This document shows positions 13,225-25,875 of a stretch of 64,000 nt of DNA, piece by piece. The notes beneath the pieces were generated by a model. That model did not search any database and had not been told where the DNA came from. It saw only the letters and a list, made by a program, of their open reading frames with translations. Location: assembly GCA_026026165.1 (NCBI GenBank), contig JAPEUD010000004.1, forward strand, positions 558,001-622,000. The letters run 5' to 3'. Position numbers and translations under genes: made by a program. This stretch comes from Sarea resinae (taxonomy: Eukaryota). Position 1 is the first letter of the stretch. Each line of letters opens with the position of its first letter.

Positions 13225-14160
13225 CTACTCGTCTCTCCTCCCTCTAGCCATGAATACACTCCTTTCCTGCTTCCCCCCTTGGTCTCCAATCGAAATCCCC
13301 TTTCCCAGCACTTCGACCCTGACATCCACGCAACCTGCTCTCTCGAAAATTTCCACGATTCTCTCCCGGCTGAACCCATGATGCGCAACAGTATTATGAC
13401 TCCCATCTTGCGCCTCGAATTTCCCATGCGGTAGGAAATCGATCACGAGCAAGACTCCCGTTTTTGGCTTTAATCGTTCCGAAAGTCTACGGGCAGCCAG
13501 CTCCGGGTCGTCGAAGTGGTGGAAACCAAGACCGACGACTGCAAGGTCGAAAGAGTAGAAGTCGGGTCCAAGGAGGGATGGAGAAGGGGTGGAGGAGAGG
13601 AAGTCGCCGGCGGTAGCATGCATTTCTTGGGGACTGAGACCTTGGTTTGAGGCATGCGTGTTGTAGGCCGCTACCATGGCGGGGGAAATATCGATGCCGC
13701 GAACCTGTGTGGCGTATGGTGCTAGAGCCTGCCATCGCCACCATCAACACGCGGACCACTGAAAGCATTTCCGTTCATGAAGCTGAAAATGTCCGGGAGA
13801 AGTGTTGGCTCTGGGGTTGAGGATCATACCTTCGACACGAGCCCCGTTCCGCAGGCATAGTCTAGCACCCTCACATCCCTCCTCGGCACCTCGATCTCCT
13901 CCCCTTCTTCATCCTTCTCGACATCATATTCGTGCTCCTTGATCCAATCGACACCAAGCCACTCCGGATCGGCTTGGAGGTGCTCAACCACGCGGTCGAT
14001 CACCTCTTGCGCCCCAATCTTCGCATCGTACGACTGTGCGATGGTGCTGGGATTGGCAGACGCTCAGCCGAAGGAATTAAGGAGGGGAGAGGCATAGCCA
14101 ATGTAATTGAGGCGCTTACTCGAAGTGTGCTCGATTCAGTTCGCTGAATGAGGATGACAT
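13225..14160 (-). CDS. Class I SAM-dependent methyltransferase
   Basis: Exons 14160-14120, 14046-13830, 13728-13225. Motif I VLDYACGTG, GIDISPAMV, FDLAVVGLGFHH, LKPKTGVLLVIDF. Confidence 0.88.
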
Positions 14161-14700
14161 TGTGGGTTGAGGTCTTGAAAACGTAAGATTGGGAATGGAG
14201 GATCGCGGTGGTAAGGTAGGCTCAAGATGAGAGGTCTTGAGAGCGCGCTGTGGTACGAATAGCTTTAGCTTCAAGAATTGACACCGACGGAAGCTGTAAG
14301 GACTCCGGGAAAGGAGTGTGTCCCAATGGATGTTGTGCAAGCTGTCTGGTGTTGCTTTCGATATAGACATTCGCGGTTTACGCGTAGACCTAAATACCGT
14401 CATCGCTTGTTTGCGATGATCTCGCCAAGTCATGAAACAACATGAACACCGTAAAGATTCTGCCCATGGATTTGATGATGAGAATACTGAACCATTTCTG
14501 ATCTGGAACACCTGTGGGCCAACTGATAATTCATTACTAGCTATCTACCGTTCAGAACTGATCCGAACAGCCTAGATATGGAAAAGAGTAGCCAACTACT
14601 GATAGTATAACCACCAAATCCAACTGCCAAGTAAAAACATCCATCCCTATTTCTGGTCTTCAGAGAGCATGGCAGGCGACAGATGAGTGTACATCTTAAG

Positions 14701-14747
14701 CCTCCAGTGGCATAGACCCCAGTGGCATAGACCCCTGTGGCATAAAC
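14701..14747. repeat. Three tandem 15-bp units (CCAGTGGCATAGACC-like)
   Basis: Directly visible, between the RING-RRM stop codon and the methyltransferase start. Confidence 0.85.
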
Positions 14748-14966
14748 AAATTTGAAAAACAGAAAACATCGACAGAATCTCCGTCTCGTCATAATCACTC
14801 GAGTAAACCCAAAGATCAACCTAGCCCACCTGACGGCACCCGCTCAATCCAAACCTAAGACGTGCTGGCATCACGTAGCCAAAAGCCACCCACTTACCAA
14901 CCAACATCTGCAAAGGTCCTTCGGGAGCAAATAATCAGAGCGGTGTTTGTTGGAGATCCAAGGATT

Positions 14967-17900
14967 CTACGCAGGAGATTCGAGGACTCTACGAAGGAGA
15001 ACCTCGACGGTGTTCCACTCGATGTTTGCAGCTTGGGCCATGCTCAAATACGCCTTGTGCTTGGGCCAGGGGACCTTGAGGTTGCCAAACAGGGGGGTTG
15101 TAGCATTAGACGACGCATTAGCGGCCATCTCTGCAAGAGGAACGAGCGCTGCAGAAGTTGTTGCTTCACGAAGAAGGGAAATGTAGTACTGGAGTCGCAT
15201 TTCACATCAGTTAGTGGTTTTTGTCCAAATGAGACCTCGGTTCCAAAAGACGAGACTCACCAATACCACCTTCTCTTCCGCATCCGGCTTGAAAGAGAGA
15301 ACCTCAAAAGCCCATTCTGGAGCCAATTGGCACACGTTGTGACGGATTTTCGGAAATTCTGCCGCCGCGAGGAGGAGGTATTTCTGCGTCTCGCTGAACG
15401 CCGGCACTTCGATACCAGTACGGACAAGCTCGTGCAGGAGCTGCTCGTTCAAATGAAGGATTGGCTCACGTTGGAGATCCCTCACAAGCGCTCGGATGAG
15501 CTGCTCCGTGGTACGAAATAGGCTATCACGGTCATCGAGTGTGTACTTGTCCGTGGCCCACCAAGGGTACTGCAAATTGGCAATTGTGAGCGAGTCATCG
15601 GACAATTGTGGGGGAGGTGGTTATGAGAAGATGACTGACCTTGACCAAAGTACTGATCATGGATTCGAAAGTACGTTGACGGCACTTTTGGCAGAACGGG
15701 GACTGGCAATTAGAAGACATTAGCATAATACTCTACGAGAAGCATAGCAATTGAGAGGACTCAGAGCTGGACATGCCCTCTCGAGAAATATGGATACTCA
15801 CCCTATTGGGTGCCTCTGCATGTCGAAGGACCATGACCAATTCCTCGCTCGTGATGAAACCCTTGAATCCGCTATTGTACGGCTCGTTGGACTGTACGAC
15901 ATTAGGATTGCCATTAGTCCAGACAACATTCTTAGCCCTCGGGAAGAGTGCCTTCATCAATGAATCTTGTCCGCTGAGCTCGACCTCGACATGCCGTTCC
16001 CCAATGCGATCATGGTGCCCGTCAATACGGTTGCGTTCAAATCGTTTCACTGAATTCAAGGCATCTCGTTCGGACAAGAACTCGGCATAACAGTCCATTG
16101 TCTTGGCGGTAGCACGTTCCATGATGATATGGACTGCGCAGCCCTGGCTGGGGTTGATGATCCTAGCGTTACGTCCCAGGAAAGCAATTATCTCATTTCT
16201 GGTCGACATATAAGGGATCTATCAAGAAATTGTTGGTTAAGTTGATATTTAATCTTATTCAGCCACGGATAATGCCCATCAAGCACGAAGACTCACATTG
16301 TAAATCTTGACGACGCCAAATCGCGAAGGGTCGGAGTACCTTGCAGGTTCGGAGAATGGCATGTGTTTGGCCGCCAGCTCGTAGGATGGTTTTCCGTGCT
16401 GAGTCAATTCATCCAATTGTTTGACAACAACGGGCTGGACTTGACCTTGAGAGGAGCCAGTGTTGAGGCCTTGTGGCACAGGTCCTTGATGTACAGGTCC
16501 CTGATGTACAGGCCCTTTCTGCACTTCAGGTTGCCCGACACTTGGAGGACGATTGTAGAATTCATTGTCGTCGGACCAAGCATAGTCAGACGAGCTCGAA
16601 GAACTATTCAGGGAGGATTGGACTTTCATCGGCGGAGCCTGTACCGGCTTGTGTACCTGGGATTGGCCTGTTTGGGGCCGAGCCACTTCGTAGGAAGACC
16701 CGAACTTAGGCACTGGATTATTGGAAACCTGATCGTAATGCCCGTGAGATACTCGCGCATCTTGTGATGAAAAGAACATCTGCTGGGTACCCGTGGGTCC
16801 GTTACCTTGTTCTTGACTAAAATTGTCACCCCGGCGCGAGAAGCTGTACGGAAAGTCGCCATGACTAGGGGCGTGATATGAACGCTGACCTGTGGGTACA
16901 AAGTTGGTGGTGTTTCGCTGTAGATCCCAGTCACGAAGTAGGCCTGGAGGCAATTGATTGGCAAACGCCCAGCTAGTACTATCGCTATCGGAACGCTGGT
17001 GGTTAGGAGGTAGCTGGTTGGCGAAGGCCAGGCTGTTGACATGCTCCGTATACGGCTGGCGGACAATGGAATGAGGCTGGGACTGTGTACCGGCAGAAGT
17101 CTTGTTGTTTTGCTGAACTTGTCGAGAAGACCCGTTATTGACTCCGTAGTAGTGCGGCCCATGACCAGACGAAGAGGAAGGATTACCGACCGGGAAGACT
17201 GGGCCAAAGTTTGGACCGAGGGCTTGGTTCCACGGATTTGCGTAAGGATTCGGCCATCCTGAATTTCCCGTTGAAGGAGGTGGCAATGGGGTGTTAGCGA
17301 AAGGATTGATAACACCGCGATTCTGAGGAGAAGGTGTAACGGAGTTGCCGCGTGCCTTCTGCTCCTGAACGGCCTGCTTGAATTGTGGCCCATATTCATA
17401 CATGAATTTCGCCAATGCCGTAGGGGTCATGGCCGAAAAAGGTGGGACATATGGTTGACCTGCATTCGGGATGACCTTGTGTTGGCTGGCATGGCTTCTT
17501 GACTGACCACCAACTCGAGCTTTGTTGATGATAGGTAGGTAGATAATACTCCTGATGACCTAGAAGGTGAGTGTAGAATTAGCATCGCTTCAAGAGACAG
17601 GCAAGGAACAACTCCAGAGCTGTGTATGTGCGTCCTGGCACGAGAAGAGAAGGCCAAAATGCAACTTACAGTTTTGCAAACGAAGCACTTAGCCGACTGA
17701 AGCGTCTCCTGGTCATTATCATACCAAACCTTAGCACAGAATATGCAGATCCGGTGCTCGCAAGGGCCCACAACCCAGTCTGCGTTAGCTTCGCAGCCTG
17801 GGCAATGCGGTCTACCGATCAACATGATAAGATCAGGTGGGATAGTATGAGGGCCAGTCATCGAAGACATGCTGGTAAGCTCTGAAGCTCTCCCTGGAGA

Positions 17901-19553
17901 TTGCTTCGCTGGTAGTTGATGATAACTTTTGGAAAGATCGGCTGAATGAGATTGTCCAGTGCGAGCAGAACGATTCGAGGGCTTGGGGGTAATGGTACGA
18001 CCAGATGACCGGACGGGCGTAGCGGAAAGCTCGAAGACTGGTTCTGTAGCCACAGCGACTGAGCTCCGTTCGAGATTCTCTTTGACTTCTGATTGAGACT
18101 GTGAAGGGACTGGCTCAGACGCCGAGCCTTGTGAAGGGTGAATCGCATTAGCTCCGTCGTCAGGGACGTGTTCAGCGGGGTCGAAAAACTCTTCTCTGCT
18201 GTCGTCGACAAAGAGCGGAAATGGCGAACAGCTCCGACCAATAGGCCTGAAAATTGGACTGAGTATACCGATGGGCTGTGAACCCGCAGAGGCCGATGTC
18301 TTTTGGTGACCACTGGCAACATTGCCTTGCTCAACACGACTGGATACAGACGAGTTTCGTGCTCCTTCTACCTGCACTCCTTGTTGCAATTCAGGACTCT
18401 TTTTAGCAGCCACTTGCGAATTCCCTCCAGCAGCAACCAACCACAGGCGTTCACCATGTTCCGACGTTTCCTTGATAGGTTCGAGGCTGAGCCATTCGGG
18501 GGCTTTACCACCTGCTGTGTATGCACGCCTTGGAACAGGGGCGAAAATCTGCCTTGTTTCACCTCTATCACTACCTGATGAGGAAGTATGTTGATTCTCT
18601 GATCCCTTTGTACTCTGTGGGATGGGAAATGAGCTGGCTGACGTCGTCTTTTCGATATTAGGATCATTAGCGGCGGTCGATGCTCCTGCCTGGGAGGGAG
18701 AAGCCGACTTTGCTTGGCGAACCTGGACAGCTCCTAAGGATCGCGTCTCATCTAGGAACTCACGAAGTGATCTAGAGCTAGAACGTGTATGGGTCCCATT
18801 CTTGTCCGTCTTCAGTACACTCAATATCAGAGGCACTTCTAGAGGTTCGTCGTTCTTAGTCGAATTCAGCATCTTCTGCCGAAAAGAGCTGGGACTATCA
18901 ACCACGTCGAGGGTGATCTGACCGACCTCGCCGCCATCCAAGAAGCTTGTAGGTGACACTCTTGGCGTTGATGGAGCGCGAAGCCGTTCGTTCCATTTAG
19001 CTTCCGGATCCTGCAGCCATTGTTGGTCCCAGATGCTTTTACGTTGCTCCCCTTCCAGGTATGAAGGGGTTGACCCGATCACTTGATTGGACTGATAAGG
19101 AAGATCCGTACGCTTCGACGGCGCAGAGATAGCACGTCGTTTCTCTCGGGCATCAACTAAAGCCCGGGCTACGTTCAAATCGAGAGTGTCTCCAACCAAT
19201 GTCGATATATCTGCCTCAGGCTCATCTGAATGGACTTCACCCTGGTAACATTTAGCGAATGAAGACTTGAATATGCGGGAATGACTTACAGTCGATTGTA
19301 CTTTTTCATGAACTTCAGCGAATGGATGCTGCGTGGAAGAGCTGGGAGAAAAGATGAACTTTGGTTGAGGCTGCGATATCGGTTGCTGATCCGTCAATGG
19401 CAGAAATCCGGACGGTAACGCGTACGCCGCTTGCGTGCGGGAGCCAGCTTGAGAAGCAGGTTTGATGGTGTTTGACCTGACACGAGACTCGAGATACATT
19501 TTGGTGGTATGGACTCCTTTCTCTGGCGGGGAACCATTGAAAGGTTCCATCAT
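14967..19553 (-). CDS. Large protein with a RING-HC finger, an N/Q/P/G-rich low-complexity region and a fungal RRM domain
   Basis: Exons approx. 19553-17670, 17559-16297, 16218-15802, 15709-15641, 15570-15262, 15188-14967. RING: CPGC..GPCEHRICIFC..CFVCKT|VIRSII. RRM: GVVKIYN|IPYMSTRNEIIAFLG..VHIIMERATAKTMDCYAEF..RHVEVELS. Confidence 0.8.
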
Positions 19554-21039
19554 GAAGATTTAGGGGTAATGTTCTTGCGACAAGTGAGTTAGCTGCTGAA
19601 GTATCAAACAGAAGCATTTGAGGAAGAAAAAGACACGACAGAGGATGGAGCCCAGTCGAAGCAGCAAAAAACCGCATCTTCTGCAGCTTTTCTGCTGCGA
19701 ATAAACCGTCTTTCTCAAGAACGAGCACTTACTAAGATTGGAATGGCATAGAGAATCAAGTCATGCCCGATCTCAACTCACCTCTCGCCGGGAAATTGAG
19801 TAGCCGTTCAATCAAAATAAGGAGCTACTTTGGCAGTAGACTTAGAGGCAGGCCACTCTCAAAAGCTTCGAATTAGCAAGAAACGAGAAGCTATCAAAGA
19901 ATGTGCCCAGGAGCGGTGAGGCACAGTTGACACAACAATAGGGTAAGATTTGAAAGCTCAGCTGGATGAGACGAGACAAATCAAACAGCCTGTATCAATC
20001 TCAAATACAGGACACAAGATCAGACCAAATGGCCTGGATATGTCTTGTGGGGGACTTACTGATCAAGTGGCGGTCGGAGCGTTGCAGTTCAAGTTCGTCT
20101 TGAGTGATCCTTTGAACGAGTCTTTTGGTCACAATCCTAACTTCAGATAACAGCCAAGGTTGAATAACATCAAGTTGTCTGGGTGTGGGTAGGCAATAAG
20201 AGGCAGTTGACTTCGGTTAGCCGATGGGAGTGAATATTTCAACATATGAAACAGTATTGGATGGGAACCCAATTAGTTGGAAGTATTTCAGAGCCCGGAA
20301 AAGGACCAGAGGATCTGAGTCTGGCGTTCAAGACTCTCTTGTGGAGAGCAGAATGATGCATCAAGCTCCCTAGGCTCAGCAACAACGGAGAGCGGGCATT
20401 TTAAGGGGACAAGTTGCCGAGAAACCAGCCTAAGACAACGATCGAGTTCCAGACAAAAGAAATCGAGGCCTTTTGCGGCATGATATTGGACATCCTCAGC
20501 TAAAAGAAGCTATCAGTTGGAATTGAGCCATGAGGCACTTCAACCAAACGAACGGCATACACACCGGTATCAAGCAGCGAACCTACGGCCAAACGTCAAA
20601 TTCCAAGGTCCTTCAATACGATGAGTAAACCTCCAGCCACTTCTGGCAGGCATAAGAATCAATGGCATGGTCCTAAAGTCCGTCTCAAGCGAATGGGAAT
20701 TTAACCAGCCGATAACCATCCTAGCATGATTTCACATGGATCACTCGAAGGCAGAACATATTGCAATCGCTATTACCTATTGACCCAAGTCCAGCATCAG
20801 ATACTGCCCCTTGATAAGAGAAGACTTGCACGACGGATCGACAAGAAGGCGTCGTTTGCGTCTACTATGTTGTTCCAGGAAAGGTATCATGATTATCAGC
20901 CATCACAAAGCGCAAGGTCAGGAGAATAAATTGGATGAAGATTGATTTTCGGAAGTCCCTTAACGCCAACGTCGCCTCTAAAAGGTCTGGATCACTGTTT
21001 TCGAGCGAGGAAGCCGCCGGTGTTGCTGTGTACAATCGA

Positions 21040-21761
21040 CTAATCAAACTATCAAAGATGCATCAGCAGGTATACATTTAGCAGGGCCCTAGGAATAGCT
21101 TACTGGAGTTAGGAAGGACTCAGCCACAAACCTTGCCCTTGCGTTCAACTGTGAGATTGTCAGATATAGTTCATGAGACTATCAGGATCCAGGCATACAA
21201 AAAGCTTCATTTCTGAGATCTCCTTATCGACCTCCTCCATGAACTGAATTATGAAATCCACTAGCTTATGCTTCAACATCTCCTCGGTATGGAAGTTGGT
21301 GATCAGGAATGAAATATCGTAACCCTGGGCAATGTCAGCTGCAAATCATTGCCCGAGACCCCTTGATCACCCACCTTGACAGGCTTCCGCCGCAGAATGA
21401 AGAATGCCTCTGCTCTCTGGGTCAAGAACCTCGTGAACTTGTGCACAAGAATGTGTTCTATCTCGTCTGCTTGCTTGATCTTGATGCTCACGCGGATGCT
21501 GTTGATACTGGGCTCGATGAGGACCTTCTCGTTCTCATTGCGCGACACCGTCAGCGGATTCAGCAGAACCTCTGGGGAGCTGGCGGCTTCGATCTCTGGC
21601 ACATTGTGACGCTCTGATATCTGCGATGCAAAGTTGGATAGCGAAAGAGCGGCAGTGAGAGAGGATCGGACGCATTGAAGGTAGGGGCGGAGAGATTGAG
21701 ACTGGTGGGCTGCGTCAGCTCCGGATTCCGGACGTCTGTCTCATGGGCAGCGTCTTACCAT
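21040..21761 (-). CDS. ARC19: Arp2/3 complex 20 kDa subunit (ARPC4)
   Basis: [89 protein letters not shown]. Confidence 0.97.
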
Positions 21762-22151
21762 GATGGGAAGAGGCTGAATTGGATGCGCGGGGGATGGCCC
21801 TTCACAGTGCCGTCTTCAAGATCACCGACGATGAGGTTTGAGGGCACCAAGTGCTGTCGTGGCTGTGATGGTGAAGGAGAGTGATCATGAATTCACGGAT
21901 TCATGGAGTTGATGGCCACTGTCCACGGTGTCGACACTTGGGGAAGGTCGTCGCGAGTGGGACCAAGTGGGAGTTTGCTCGGTTTGCATCTCGCGTCACC
22001 ACAGCCGATGGCACTGGAAGTCATCGATGGATCCATCCCACCAAAACATCATAGGGAAGGTAAGCTCGCTACATACTACGGACTACGGACTTTACTCTGT
22101 GAGCAATCGATCCTCACTTCTCTCTCGCCATTCCACTCGGACTTGGACGAC

Positions 22152-24050
22152 ATGGCATCCATACCAGGTGGGCTCGTCTCTCTCCGATGCTTCTTTTCCA
22201 TCTCAAGACTTCTGGCCTTCTGACTGATCCGTCCCGCAGTCATCGTAAAGCATCAAGGCAAACGCCACCATGTCGACCTCGACCCGACATCCACCGGCGA
22301 GACCTTCAAATACCAGCTCTACTCCCTCACCGGAGTCGAGCCAGAGCGACAGAAGATTCTCGTCAAGGGAGGCCAGCTGAAGGACAATACTGATCTCTCG
22401 ACGCTTGCAGTCAAGCCAGGTCATACTTTCATGATGATGGGCACCCCATCGACCGAGGGCAATGCAATCCAACCTCCCAAGGAAAAGACGCGCTTCCTCG
22501 AAGACATGACGGAAGCGGAGGCGGCGAGGGTAGAGGGCGCTATGCCAGCCGGTCTGCAGAACCTCGGCAATACCTGCTACCTCAACTCGACGCTGCAAAC
22601 ACTCAAGTCCGTGCCCGAGTTGCACAAAGAGCTCCAGAGCTATACTTCGCCGGCTGGTGGATCAAGTGCCGCATCGAGCTCCTCTGGCTTTGGCGACCTC
22701 AGCCAGTTTGGCTTGGGAGGCCTCGGCTCTTCCTCCGACCTTACCTCGTCTCTTCGAGATCTTTACAAGCAGATGTCGGAGACACAAGAGGGCTTCCCAC
22801 CGCTAATGTTCCTGAACGCGCTTCGAACAATCTACCCACAATTTGCTCAGAAGTCGAAAACCGGACATGGTTACGCCCAACAAGATGCCGAAGAAGTCTA
22901 CTCCCAGATTGTAACAACTCTGCGACAGAAGCTGAAGCTTAAATCACCCGGCCATGCCGACCTTTCGTTTATCGATAAGTACTTTGCTGGGAAGTTTGAG
23001 TCTATCATTGAGTGTGATGAACCTTCAGCGAAGGAACTAGGTGAAGAGCCTGCCAAGTCAGAGGAGGTGTTTCTCAAGCTCAACTGTCACATCACTGCTC
23101 ACGTCAACCACTTGCGTGACGGTATATTGGCAGGGCTTGAAGAGAAAATTGAGAAGAAATCTCCTACTCTGGACCGCGATGCCGTCTATACGAAGAAGTC
23201 GAAAATCTCTCGCCTACCGAAATACCTCACCGTACACTTTGTCCGATTCTATTGGAAGAAGGAGGCGCAAAAAAATGCCAAGATCATGAGAAAGGTCACC
23301 TTTCCCCACGAACTTGATGTAGTAGAATTCTGTACAGAAGAGATGAAAAGTATGCTGATCCCAGTACGGGACAAGGTTCGCAATGTGCGCAAGGAAGAGG
23401 AGGACGTCGAAAGAGCCAGAAAACGACAGAAGAAAATGGAAAAGGCTGCCGAGGCAGACAAGGATCGAGAGCTGAAGGGTAAGGGCCCAGCAGATGCAAA
23501 GAAGTTGTCAGACGACAAGAAAGCCGATAAGAAGATCAATGCGGTCGCGGGCGGTACCAGCTCTTCAGCAGGGCCTGATACCGAAATGCCAGATGTCACC
23601 TATAAAACCGATGCGGAGATCGAGGCGGAACGGAGTGCATCGATACTAGCCGCGAAGAAAGAGCTCGCTACCTTGATCAACCCTGAGTTGGCTGCTGATG
23701 AGGGCGCAAACTCTTCTGGTCTCTATGAACTACGCAGTGTGATCACGCATCAGGGTGCGAGTGCCGATAGCGGACACTATACGTCTTACGTCAAAAAGGA
23801 CGGGCCCCTAGATCCTAAAACAGGGAAGCGGGGTGAGGCGGACGGCAAATGGTGGTGGTTCAATGATGAAAAGGTCATGGAGGTTGATGCGGAGAAGATT
23901 GAGACGCTCTCAGGTGGTGGTGAGTGTTCTTTTTGGTTACACCCAGAACGTGCACAAAGACTGACTTTACTGATAGGAGAGTCTCATTCTGCACTGATAC
24001 TCCTGTACCGGGCTATTGACATCCCGACTGTCAAGGAACTGGAAGAGTGA
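22152..24050 (+). CDS. UBP6: Proteasome-associated ubiquitin C-terminal hydrolase (USP14/Ubp6) with N-terminal UBL
   Basis: UBL (LTGVEPERQKILVKGGQLKD), Cys box GLQNLGNTCYLNS, QQDAEE, His box THQGASADSGHY, WWWFND. Introns approx. 22168-22238 and 23920-23976. Confidence 0.97.
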
Positions 24051-24547
24051 TTCCACGACAACGTTACTCACATTATGAACACGACGCATGGTACGGAAAT
24101 GATGACTGTCGTTTGGTAACTTGGTAATCTTCTTGATTTCTGCACGTATTTGGAAGAGCATAGACAGCGAGAAGTGCCTCGTACTGTACAACTAGCGAGA
24201 TCTGAGGATAAGCAATCGATGGCGGCATGTTGTAAACCGAAAGACCCTTGACGCTGTAGTAGATCTGACCGTGAACGCATGCTTTCCTAGCAAGCTCCAG
24301 GAGTATACTTTAATCGTTGTTGTTGCGTAATGCCTGACGCTGCATTGGGTATCCTTTTGCCGCCATGTATGAGAATACCCAGCCTGGCTCTCTGGGCGGC
24401 GCTCAGATGGAGACAGCACTCAGATCGAGAACCGTGCTCGATCGGCCATTCGTGATATCTTCCTCTAGCACCCGCAAAAGCGCGCCTCTCCATTCAATCC
24501 TGTCCCGTTTCGACCATTGAAACCATCTATCCATCCCTCATGCACCC

Positions 24548-24913
24548 TTATCCCTTGCCCGCACCACCGCCATCATTCCCAGCGCCAGCTCCAGCCTGAG
24601 CGTTTTTCCGCTCATGCAACTGCTCAATCTTCCTCACCAGCCCTATTCGCTTCGACATCAGCCCCGCCTTTGCGTCCTCCAACCGTGCCATTTTCTCCTC
24701 GGGTGTGGCTTCGATGCGTGCTTTGCGCTCCTGGAAACAACTGATCAGCGGTGACGCGCAGAGAAAGTCTCGGATGGGGAACGGAGAGCTGACTTGTTTG
24801 TACTCTTGCTGTGTCTTCAGCCCCGCGCCGTACCAGGCCCCCGTGGCGGTGATGGCGGCGATCGAGGCCGTCAGGATTACGACGCGCGGTCTGATGGGCG
24901 TTGCGGGCGGCAT
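24548..24913 (-). CDS. Small hypothetical protein (N-terminal TM helix plus coiled coil), about 100 aa after splicing
   Basis: VVILTASIAAITATGAWYGAGLK hydrophobic segment followed by a charged helix; 63-nt GT-AG intron at 24793-24731. Confidence 0.75.
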   Translation of the reverse strand: MPPATPIRPRVVILTASIAAITATGAWYGAGLKTQQEYKQVSSPFPIRDFLCASPLISCFQERKARIEATPEEKMARLEDAKAGLMSKRIGLVRKIEQLHERKNAQAGAGAGNDGGGAGKG

Positions 24914-25875
24914 GGTGGATGGTCAATTGGACACATTGGTCGTGAGGGGGACAGGGCTTAGAGGAGATGGGGAGATGGATGGGACATGCTAAGAAGGGGG
25001 GTATACCCGGGCGTGATGTTTGGTGCTGGTGTTGATCGAGCTTGCCTGCAGACGGCCCCGGGGATTTTATGGGATGGATGGATATGACGACTTTGGGGGG
25101 CGGTTCGGTAGTCAAGTATAGTCAAGTAATTATACTTGGAATATCGCACATTTCGAAGCACAAATGGAGGTCTAGATACATGATATCAAGCGCAAGGTAC
25201 CTTGGCCGATATTCTGTTGGTTCGTTTGTTCTGGCCGATTTCAAGCTTCGAGCTTCAAGCTCCAGGCTACAGAGAGTGACATGCACTGCAACGTCAGGCA
25301 AACACCACATCAGTATGACCATACTATTCACGTCCATTGGGTCCCTTGTGTTCAAGCGCTGGAGGTGAAGGCTCTGATCGCTCGTATATTGTCGGCGATG
25401 CGAGGGTGAATCATGTCAAGATGGCCATGAGCATCTTGGAGTCAGAGGCTTGCCTAGTAGCGAGCGCGATGATTTGATTCACGGCCATGCAAACCGTGAC
25501 GGCCTCTTGGGGTACTGACACTGACATGGTGAAGCGATAACCGTTCGGCCTTTCCTAAAGTCTCTGTTTGTTTGGGTGTCATTCCTGATTCACGCTTCGT
25601 CTCTTGATCGCTTTCGTTGACACTATTTCTTGTCCGCCCACGCACACCGATTGATCATCAAAGGCGTCATTCCTCACTTCTTCGTCAGGTCATTCTCCTG
25701 ACTATCATTCTTTCCTGCTTGTGGCTGTTATCGATCAACAGCTGTTTTCTCCGTGGCATTGTGTTTGTGAAGGGGTCGCCAACCGCCATCATGGTTAAGG
25801 TAATCTGGAATATTCGCGATGCTGGTCTGCTCTTCCTTACTATGCTCACATTCAGTTTGCTAATCTTCGCCAGGG

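Noticed and set aside
21040..21761. ATG-only first coding exon and FD* last exon in ARPC4
   Set aside because: Real, but micro-exons of this kind are ordinary for this conserved gene.
25791..25875. Upstream exon MVK spliced to the 558-aa ORF
   Set aside because: The splice puts it out of frame with the ORF and it hits a stop; at most a uORF or UTR intron.
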